In this document: positions 53,033 to 64,000 of the stretch, piece by piece
Position numbering within the stretch: the stretch's first letter is position 1
Layout: every line of letters starts with the position of its first letter
From: Chrysomallon squamiferum
Taxonomy: Eukaryota; Animalia; Mollusca
Reading direction: 5' to 3'
Assembly: GCA_012295275.1 (NCBI GenBank)
Contig: CM022679.1
Coordinates: 13,764,001-13,828,000, forward strand
Length of the DNA: 64,000 nt
Program-made: the position numbers and the translations under genes
The notes under the pieces: model-generated
Told to the model about the DNA's origin: nothing
Databases searched by the model: none
What the model saw: the letters and a program-made list of their open reading frames with translations, nothing else

Positions 53033-54189
53033 TATATGTATGTGCGTGTGTGTATATGTGTGTTTATAGTTAAATACACACGCACATATGTAAAGGTGGT
53101 CTTGATGGCCGAACGGTAGTGCGAGCGATAGGGTGTCATACGTTCGAGTCTCATCAGCGGCATCTGACGAGGGTTTGAAGTCGTGACTGGACTTTATCCT
53201 CCTGCGCCACAGGAATGTTGTCTGTGAAGAGTCTAGTCAGACGTAGATTTCACAGAGAATATTCAAAATCCTAAACAACATATATATGTGTATATACACA
53301 CATACACTCATAAACATGTATTTTTTATATATATATATATTCTTCACACTTTTCAGTTATGTCCATTTATGTCTCTGCTATCTGGCCTTAAATAATAATT
53401 TTCTTCATTTTTGTTTTTTATTATTATTTTTTTTTAATGTTGTCAAACAAACTGTAGCTATCAGTCCATTATATCTGCATCGACGACAAGGCTACATCAA
53501 TGATATAAAAAATTTCCGGAAAAACGACTCGACACACAAACCACATATTCAGGTTTGCTTGGTGACGAAACAGCTATCAGAGGCTAACTGCTCCTGTAAA
53601 GCTGGATGAGTGTATTTTGGTATTAAACTGATATTGAAGCATGGTTTATTACAAAAAAAAAGAAAAGTAACAAACCAGAAGATAACAAATGACACACGTG
53701 TCTTTTCAAGACTAATTGTAATAGTTGAACTTTTACAATAAATCGTCAAGCTGTTTAGTTTGAATTCACCTCAAAACCAATTTTGGTCATATGCAACACA
53801 CACACACATTACTGTTTTTCGTTTTTTTAACACTGTCTGTGGATCCATTAGTCCAACCAGTGCACTATAATTGGTATGTACCACCCTATCTGTGCGATGG
53901 TACTGCTAATCAAAAATAGTAACAGTGGCAACAGAGGGTTTCCTCTCTCAATATAGTGTGGTTCTTAACCGTATGTCCGACACGACATAACCGTAAATAA
54001 AAAGTGTTGAGTGTATCATGAAATAAAACATTTCTTTCTTCTTTTCTTCTGTTCAATGCTGTGTATGGGCATATATATTATTCATATTTAGGTAATTCGT
54101 ATATAGCTAAATGTCAGCTATGTCTATTATTATTATTATTATTTGAAAATATGGTCATGTTTATAAAAGACATTCTTTTTTCAGAATGT

Positions 54190-54306
54190 TGTCGTCCGCA
54201 TATTTCTCGTTGTTTTCAGCTTCGGACACGGTATATATGTCAGATGTTGTCGACTTTCGTACCGTTCATCCGATTTGCATGTCCCCAAAGCACATCGCTT
54301 CACCAT
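54190..54306 (-). mobile_element. THAP-domain transposase fragment, duplicate
   Basis: MVKRCALGTCKSDERYESRQHLTYIPCPKLK. Confidence 0.6.
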
Positions 54307-54632
54307 TGTGCCTATGAATAATGCCTACTAACAAATGAAGTATTAACGCTTGGTGAACAACTGAACTAAACAAAAAACAACATAAAAACACAATATGATA
54401 ATGAATATGGCGGCGGAAAATGAAATATTATGGGTGTGTGGAAACATGAATTAAGACAGGGGTCGGCAACACTTGCGCCCTCGGGGATTTCAGTCAGGCC
54501 CACCAACTGAACACTTGAACACCAATTATCCGGTCCGATGGCAATCCTGATCTAACATCATCGTTAGATATTGTGGTTTTATTATAGTTTATTCATAATT
54601 ATCATATTATTTTATCATATTACTGAAGATAC

Positions 54633-54734
<102 letters not shown>

Positions 54735-56789
54735 GTATGTGTGTGTGTGTAATACATTTGATATCTTGGTCCTCCTACAAAACACTGCATAGCTGTCTGA
54801 CCCTCTCTCCCCTGATTTAAGTGATACGACTGAACGCTTATATCTCTTTAGTTATACAGACAGTATGCAGATAATTAATTCTATACAATATTTTTAATAA
54901 TTTACAGTTGACACTCGATTTCATAGAGCAATAGAGTTAATACAAAAGTCTGGGAAATCGCGAATCTAAATATTAACCCTCAAATTTACCAAAACATTAA
55001 ACTTAAGAACACATAACATTTATTTAATACGGAAATATAATAATATAAGAACATTATACAGACAAAAAGAAGTTAAAGAAATTTCATACGGTATATGTTA
55101 AGAAAAAGGAACAGAAGAAAAATGTAGACTACGTTGGGTATAGTTATGAGGTATGTAAAATTTATTGTTACCTTGATGGAAATTGGATTGAGATACGACT
55201 GCCGCGATCGTATAGTTGAACACAGAATAACTTAATAGTACGTAGAAGCAAGGTTTCAAGCGGGAAGTTTTCTAAGACACACACACACGCACACACAAAC
55301 AAACACACGAAAAAAAAAAGCAGTTTGACTCACTTGGATGTGTACTTATTTGCTTTTATGAAATGATTTTCTTTAATGTTCACTTTCGACTGAAAGAATC
55401 AGTTAAATTGAAGAGTATTCCAAGGAATATTTGAATATTTCCTGAACAGGATAACTTAATAGTGTGTACGTCGAGCCAAGGTTTCGAGACGGAAATTACG
55501 GCTTGTTCAGATTTATCTGTCGCGTAGGAGATATAAATAGTTCGGAATTTCCAAGCCAGTCATTGCGTCTGCAAATACAGATAACATTGATTTCACATAT
55601 GTACATTTTCTTATGATTTAAAATAAATAAAAAATCAATCCAGACCGGAAATTATATATATAGATATATATATATAAAAAAGAAAAATAATAAATATTTT
55701 ATTTTTTATTTTTTAAATAGATGTTAATTATTATTATTATTATTGCTATATTTTATTTATTTATATTACTTTTTTAATTTTATATATATATATATATTAT
55801 AAGTATTTCAAGATAATCACAAAGTACATAAAATAAAGACGTTATGAACCATTCAAAAAACATTTTATTTTTATTTTTATTTATTCATTATTTTCTTTTA
55901 TTATTATTATTATTTTTTTTTTTTTACCTTCTCTCACTGATTATAAAATACTGGCATAGAGATATTATTTTGTAAGATATTCTGTTCATGATCATAAGTG
56001 AATGATGATTTTAGGTAAAAAAAATTAATGTAAATAAATAAAATATTGTAATAATAACAGTAATAATAATAAACATCCAAACAAATTTACAAAAAGTTAC
56101 ATAAAAAAATAATTAATAAATAAATAAATAAGAAAGAAAGAAAGAAAGAATGAAAGAGAAAGAAAAGAAAAGCCAGTCACTGCGTCTGCAAATACAGATA
56201 ACATTGATTACACATATCTACATTTTCATATGATTTAATAAAAAAAAAATAAATAAAATAAAATAAAAATAAAATAAAATAAAATAAAATAAAAATAAAA
56301 ATGTAGACTACGTTGGGTATAGTTATGGGTGAATTGTAAAATTTAGGGGGCTGCCGCGATCGTATAGTTGAACACAGAATAACTTAATAGTACGTAGAGG
56401 CAAGGTTTCAAGCGGAAAATGACGTGTGTTCAGCTTTATTCAGACAAAATAATCACGTGTCGCGTTAATCACAAAGTACATAAAATAAAGACATTACGAA
56501 ACATTACGAACCATTAATGAATTTTTTTGCTTTAATTATAAAATAATGGCATATAGATATTACTTTGTAAGATATTCAGTACATCAGCATAAGTTAACAA
56601 ATGATGGTTTTATGTCAAAATTGTTAAATTAAAAATATTATATAATAAATAAAATATTGCAATAGTAACAATAATAATAAAATAAAAATATGTTTATAAA
56701 ACAGAATATATTAATCTGTCCTATACATAAATTTTGGTTATCCATTTCTGTTTTTAAAATAGAGCCTGGATAGAAATTAGAGGAGAGAC

Positions 56790-56881
56790 ATAGTTATGTC
56801 GTTAACAAAGTTATGGGAGGGTTGAGAGACTATAGTATCACCGATTTTCCTGTATAACATGCAATACTGCTTTTTCATAGT

Positions 56882-56926
<45 letters not shown>

Positions 56927-58773
56927 TTGAATTGTTTGCTCACAATTCTCATTTTTTGTTGATGAAGTTCATTACTACTGTTGCTACTACTACTACCACT
57001 ACCACTACCACTACTATTACTGATGTTACTGCCATCATCATTTCCATTATTTATTTTTTATTTTAAATATTATTACTCTTATTCTTCTGTTGTTGTTGTT
57101 TTCTTTTGCCTTTTTAGTTTATTATTTAATGATTTCCTTTACATGTAGTTTATAGAAATTATAATCTCTCTTTGGTGATTAAAAAATGTAGTATAAATAT
57201 ATTCTGCATACTTCCAAGTTACGTTTTTGCAGTCCAGTGTTAATTTGTAACGAAGTATATCAACAAAACAGGAAAACTACAAATTTCTTCTAGTGCCCCC
57301 CCCAAAAAAAAACTAATTTTAGTCAGCCATATAGCCGATGATGTTACTACTCCAGCTTAGTTTAGTTAAAATGGCGGCGTTAAGATGTATTGTGTTATGT
57401 TGTTTTTTACTGAAGAGAGGTTGCCAAAACAGTAAGTTAATAATAACTTGAAATCTCTTCTCCTTTATCCACTGTTTTAGTATATTTTCAGTTTCATCAA
57501 TTTCCCAAGGTATATACAAAGCTCTTGTAAAGGATGTGTTACTAATGGTGGGGAAAAAAATAATATAAAATATCTAGTGATACTGATTTTATTTGCTTTG
57601 AATAAATTAATATTTCTGTAACAATCCTTCAAAGTAAGATTATTTTTGTAATGCCTACTAAATATTTAATAACATGACTGGGAAGTAAAAATTTGCCAGA
57701 AATCTCATATCAAAGATACATGTATCTCCTTCAAATTCTAGATACGCACCTAGTGGAGCAGTGGGTGGACTAATAATAAACTTACAGGTTGATTCGCAAA
57801 CAAGGACTGACACTGACAAATGTTTCCTTATTCTCACATCGTAAAAGGTTGATCGAAAGATAATTATTATTAGTTTCAGTTCTTTCTTTTTCTTTTCTAT
57901 TATTATTATTATTAAAGCTTCTTTACAAGATATAGAAAATGTTATTTTGCCGTGTGATCATTTACCCTAGATATTCTCATAACGCTCATATTTCGTAGAC
58001 ACATTATACAGACAGTCTGCAGGTAATTAATTCTATACAATAATTTTAATAATTTACAGGTGACACTCGATTTCATAGAGCAATAGGATTAACATCGGTC
58101 CAGAAAATACAAAAGTCTGGGAATTCGCGAATCTAAATATTAACCCTAAAATTAACGAAACCATTAAAGTTAGTACACGTAACACATACAAAACACAGAG
58201 ATATAATAATCTAAGAACAATATAAAGAAAAAAACAAATTAAACAAATTTCATACGGTATATGTTAAGAAAAAGGAACAGAAGAAAAATGTAGACTACGT
58301 TGGGTATAGTTATGAGTGAATTGTAAAATGTATTCTTTCTTGATGGAAATTGGATTGAGATAGGACTGCCGCGATCGTATAGTTGAACATAGAATAAGTT
58401 AATAGTACGTAGAGGCAAGGTTTCAAGCGGAAAATAACGTGTGTTCAGCTTTATTCAGACAAAATAGTTATTTCGTTAACAAACTTATGGGAGGGTTGAG
58501 AGATTACATTATCACCGATTTTCCTGTATAACATGCAATATTGCTTTTTCATACACAGATAGTTAGATAGATAGATAGATAGATAAATAGATTTGAATTG
58601 TTTGCTCACAATTCTCATTTTTTGTTGATGAAGTTCATTACTACTGTTGCTACTACTACTACCACTACCACTACCACTACTATTACTGATGTTACTGCCA
58701 TCATCATTTCCATTATTTATTTTTTATTTTAAATATTATTACTCTTATTCTTCTGTTGTTGTTGTTTTTTTTT

Positions 58774-58804
<31 letters not shown>

Positions 58805-59505
58805 TTGAATTGTTTGCTCACAGTTCTCAGGTTTTGTTGATGAAATTCCTTACTACTATTGCTACTACTATAACTACCACTACCACTATTATTACTGATG
58901 TACTACCATCATCACTTGCATTATTTATTTTTTATTTTAAACATTATTACTCTTATTCTTCTGTTGTTGTTGTTGTTGTTGTTGTTTTGTCTTTTTAGTT
59001 TATTAATTAATGATTTCCTTTACATGTAGTTTATAGAAATTATAATCTGCCCAAAACAATAAGTTAATAATAACTTGAAACAGGTTCTCCGTTATCCGCT
59101 CATTTAGTATATGTTCAGTTTCATCAATTTCTGTAGGTATATACAAAGCTCTTGTAAAGGATGTTTACAAATGGTGGGGGAAAAAATAATATAAGAGATC
59201 TAGTGATACAAATTTTATTTGCTTTGAATAAATTAATATTTCTATAACAATCCTTCAAAGTAAGATTATTTTTGTAATGTATATTAAATATTTAATAATA
59301 TAACTGGGAAGTAAAAATTTGCCAGAAATCTCATATCAAAGATACATGTATCTCCTTCAAATTCTAGATACGCACCTAGTGGAGCATTGGGTGAACTAAT
59401 AATAAACTTACAGGTTGATTCGCAAACAAGGACTGACACTGACAAATGTTTCCTTATTCTCACATCGTAAAAAGTTGATCGAAGGATAATTATTATTAGT
59501 TTCAT

Positions 59506-59510
<5 letters not shown>
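56790..59510 (+). repeat. Local duplication (56790-57900 vs 58465-59510) with (GATA)n and (ACT/ACC)n tracts
   Basis: Colinear diverged copies, e.g. gatacgcacctagtggagca near 57741 and 59367. Confidence 0.85.
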
Positions 59511-59536
<26 letters not shown>

Positions 59537-59539
59537 TTA

Positions 59540-59603
<64 letters not shown>

Positions 59604-60229
59604 GTTAAACTTTGGTATGAAAGACCGTTCCCCTATCAAAACATTAATCTAAGTATAAAGAATTTTATCAGACCATTTATCAGACCCACAGATACGCTTT
59701 AATAGTTAACACTTGTGTTGTTAGAGGTTTAACCTCACTGTGCCCGCAGTCTGACATACGCCTACAGCAAATGTTCCTCTTCACATGGCATTAATCTGCA
59801 ACAGAATATGCTGATTTCATCTCCCATTTTGTTGGACTGTAAAATGTTAATCCACTGTTGGTCTTTTGGAAAATAAACTATACTGTAATCCCCTACTGTT
59901 TTATCATTTGCTATCCTTGACTGCCTCAGTAATATATAACAATTGGTTCGGGCACAGTGAGGTGACCCCATACATAATTGTACGAAATAAGAGATTACAA
60001 AGAATCAGTACACTATTAAAGATCAAGATAAGCGACCAATTTATTTATTTAATATATTCAGTATAATTTATATTTATAAAAGATATTTTTTATTTACATA
60101 TTTTATTATTGTTTATTTAATTTATTTATTTATTTACTGTTTTATTTTTTTTTTTTTTTTTTTGTATTTGTATTTGTATTTGTATTTTTCTTTTATTTAG
60201 TTTTTCTATTTTTTAAAGTTCTTTCGAAA

Positions 60230-60735
60230 ATATACAAAACGTTATTTTGCCATGTCATTATTTACCTTAGATATTCTCACAACGTTCAAATTTCGTAGAC
60301 ATATTATACAGACAGTATGCAGGTAATTAATTCTATACAATATTTTTAATAATTTATAGGTGACACTCGATTTCATACAGCAATAGAGTTAATACAAAAG
60401 TCTGAGAAATCATGAATCTAAATATTAACCCTCAAATTTACCAAAACATTAAACTAGAGAACACATAACATCTATTTAATACGGTAATATAATAATCTAA
60501 GAACAGTATACAGAGAAAACCAAATTAAACAAATTTCATACGGTATATGTTAAGAAAAAGGAACAGAAGAAAAATGTAGTCTAGGTTGGGTACAGTTATG
60601 GGTGAATTGTAATATTTATTGTTACCTTGATGCAAATTGGATTGAGAGAGGTCTGCAGCGATCGTATAGTTGAACACAGAATAACTTAGTAGTATGTAGA
60701 GGCAAGGTTTCAAGCGGGAAGTTTTTAAGACACAC

Positions 60736-60779
<44 letters not shown>

Positions 60780-62557
60780 AAAAAAAGCAGTTTGACTTAC
60801 TTGGTTTGTGTACTTAATTGCTTTTCTGTAATTATTTCTTTTAGTGTTCACTTTCGACTCAAAGAATCAGTTAAACTGAAGAGTATTCCGAGGAATATTT
60901 GAATATTTCCTCAACAGGAAGGTTTCGAGACGGAAATTACGGTTGTTCAGAATTATCTGTCGTCGAAGGAGATATAAATAGTTCCGGAATTTCCAAGCCA
61001 GTTAGTGCGTCTGCAAATACAGATAACATTGATTTCACATATGTGCATTTTCTTATGATTTAAAATAAAAATAAAAATCAGTCCATACCGGAAATTATAT
61101 ATATATATAAAAAAAATAATAATAATAAATATTTTTTTTTTTTTAATAGATGTTAATTATTATTATTATTATTGCTATATTTTATTTACTTTTTTAATTA
61201 TATATATATTATAAGTATTTCAAGATAATCACAAAGTACATAAAATAAAGACGTTATGAACCATTCAAAAACCATTTTATTTTTATTTTTATTTATTCAT
61301 TTTTTTATTATTTTTATTTTTATTTTACTTTTTTTTTTTTTTACCGTCTCTCACTGATTATAAAATACTGGCATAGAGATATTATTTTGAAAGATATTCT
61401 GTGCATGATCATAAGTAAATGGTGATTTTAGGTAAACAAATTTAATGTAAATAAATAAAATATTGCAATAATAACATTAATAATAATAAACATCTAAACA
61501 AATTTACAAAAAGTTACATTAAAAAAATAATAAAGAAATAAATAAGAAAGAAAGAAAGAATGAAAGAGAAAGAAAAGAAAAGCCAGTCATTGCGTCTGCA
61601 AATACAGATAACATTGATTACACATATCTACATTTTCATATGATTTAATATAAAAAAAAAAATAAAAAAAAAAAATAAAAAAAATAAAACAAAATAAAAA
61701 ATAAAAATGTAGTCTAGGTTGGGTATAGTTATGAGTGAATTGTAAAATTTATTGTTACCTTCATGGAAATTGGATTGAGATACGACTGCCGCAATCGTAT
61801 AGTTGAACACAGAATAAGTTAATAGTACGTAGAGGCAAGGTTTCAAGCGGAAAATGACGTGTGTTCAGCTTTATTCAGACAAAATAATCACGTGTCGCGT
61901 AAGCGATATAAACAGTTCTATTTTCCAAATTAAAAGTAAATCCATACCGGAAATTGCACGTCTTTACTTTAGTCTATTTTTATTTTTATTTATTTATTTA
62001 TTTATTTATTTTTATTATTTTATTATTATTATTTTTTAATTTCTTTCGAAAATATACAAAACGTTATTTTCCCGTGTAATTATTTACCTTAGATATTCTC
62101 ACAACGTTCAAATTTCGTAGACATATTATACAGACAGTATGCAGGTAATTAATTCTATACAATATTTTTAATAATTTATAGGTGACACTCGATTTCATAC
62201 AGCAATAGAGTTAATACAAAAGTCTGAGAAATCGCGAATCTAAATATTAACGCTCAAATTTACCAAAACATTAAACTAGAGAACACATAACATCTATTTA
62301 ATACGGTAATATAATAATCTAAGAACAGTATACAGAGAAAACCAAATTAAACAAATTTCATACGGTATATGTTAAGAAAAAGGAACAGAAGAAAAATGTA
62401 GTCTAGGTTGGGTACAGTTATGGGTGAATTGTAATATTTATTGTTACCTTGATGCAAATTGGATTGAGAGAGGTCTGCAGCGATCGTATAGTTGAACACA
62501 GAATAACTTAGTAGTATGTAGAGGCAAGGTTTCAAGCGGGAAGTTTTGTAAGACACG

Positions 62558-62605
<48 letters not shown>

Positions 62606-64000
62606 AAAAAAAAAGCAGTTTGACTTACTTGGTTGTGTACTTAATTGCTTTTCTGTAATTATTTCTTTTAGTGTTCACTTTCGACTCAAAGAATCAGTTA
62701 AACTGAAGAGTATTCCGAGGAATATTTGAATATTTCCTCAACAGGAAGGTTTTCGAGACGGAAATTACGGTTGTTCAGAATTATCTGTCGTCGAAGGAGA
62801 TATAAATAGTTCCGGAATTTCCAAGCCAGTTAGTGCGTCTGCAAATACAGATAACATTGATTTCACATATGTGCATTTTCTTATGATTTAAAATAAAAAT
62901 AAAAATCAGTCCATACCGGAAATTATATATATATATAAAAAAAATAATAATAATAAATATTTTATTTTTTTTAATAGATGTTAATTATTATTATTATTAT
63001 TGCTATATTTTATTTACTTTTTTAATTATATATATATTATAAGTATTTCAAGATAATCACAAAGTACATAAAATAAAGACGTTATGAACCATTCAAAAAC
63101 CATTTTATTTTTATTTTTATTTATTCATTTTTTTATTATTTTTATTTTTATTTTACTTTTTTTTTTACCGTCTCTCACTGATTATAAAATACTGGCATAG
63201 AGATATTATTTTGAAAGATATTCTGTGCATGATCATAAGTAAATGGTGATTTTAGGTAAAAAAATTTAATGTAAATAAATAAAATATTGCAATAATAACA
63301 TTAATAATAATAAACATCTAAACAAATTTACAAAAGTTACATTAAAAAAAATAATAAAGAAATAAATAAGAAAGAAAGAAAGAATGAAAAGAAAGAAAAG
63401 AAAAGCCAGTCATTGCGTCTGCAAATACAGATAACATTGATTACACATATCTACATTTTCATATGATTTAATATAAAAAAATAAATAATAAAAAATAAAA
63501 AAATAAAACAAAATAAAAATAAAAATGTAGTCTAGGTTGGGTATAGTTATGAGTGAATTGTAAAATTTATTGTTACCTTCATGGAAATTGGATTGAGATA
63601 CGACTGCCGCAATCGTATAGTTGAACACAGAATAAGTTAATAGTACGTAGAGGCAAGGTTTCAAGCGGAAAATGACGTGTGTTCAGCTTTATTCAGACAA
63701 AATAATCACGTGTCGCGTAAGCGATATAAACAGTTCTATTTTCCAAATTAAAAGTAAATCCATACCGGAAATTGCACGTCTTTACTTTAGTCTATTTTTA
63801 TTTTTATTTATTTATTTATTTATTTATTTTTTATTATTTTATTATTATTATTTTTTAATTTCTTTCGAAAATATACAAAACGTTATTTTCCCGTGTAATT
63901 ATTTACCTTAGATATTCTCACAACGTTCAAATTTCGTAGACATATTATACAGACAGTATGCAGGTAATTAATTCTATACAATATTTTTAATAATTTATAG
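60230..64000. repeat. Tandem array of the exon-like cassette, ~1820-bp period, continuing past window end
   Basis: Matching ORF coordinates 60525/62347 and 61854/63672; units near-identical. Confidence 0.93.

Noticed and set aside
57319-59505. ORFs 57319..57519 and 59284..59505
   Set aside because: Non-ATG starts, no recognisable motif, and the first is not conserved in the local duplicate

Overview
AT-rich, microsatellite-laden animal DNA (intron-containing; probably an invertebrate such as a mollusc, which is inference) in three contigs separated by two 200-N gaps. Most ORF-track entries are microsatellite or low-complexity noise. Reading the minus strand by splice signals gives four paralogous copies of a small single-pass receptor gene. 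Each is built from phase-1 exons: an 8-cysteine exon spaced like the single cysteine-rich domain (CRD) of the Drosophila TNF receptor Grindelwald, one or two 21-33 nt stalk micro-exons, and a transmembrane exon (copy 4 is cut by a gap before it). A separate acidic terminal exon is a candidate cytoplasmic tail. The CRD exons are much more divergent than their near-identical flanks, mostly at amino-acid-changing sites, and are mosaic; two copies stop shortly after the membrane. The genes lie in a ~22.5-24.8 kb segmental duplication that also carries an orphan prolyl-4-hydroxylase alpha first exon, hAT, MULE, THAP/SWIM, LINE and SINE relics, and an exon-like cassette amplified into arrays of ~720, ~900, ~1407 and ~1820 bp period. 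Some copies may be haplotigs, and 29.2-31.3 kb looks like poor assembly consensus. No database search was run; family names come from recalled motifs.
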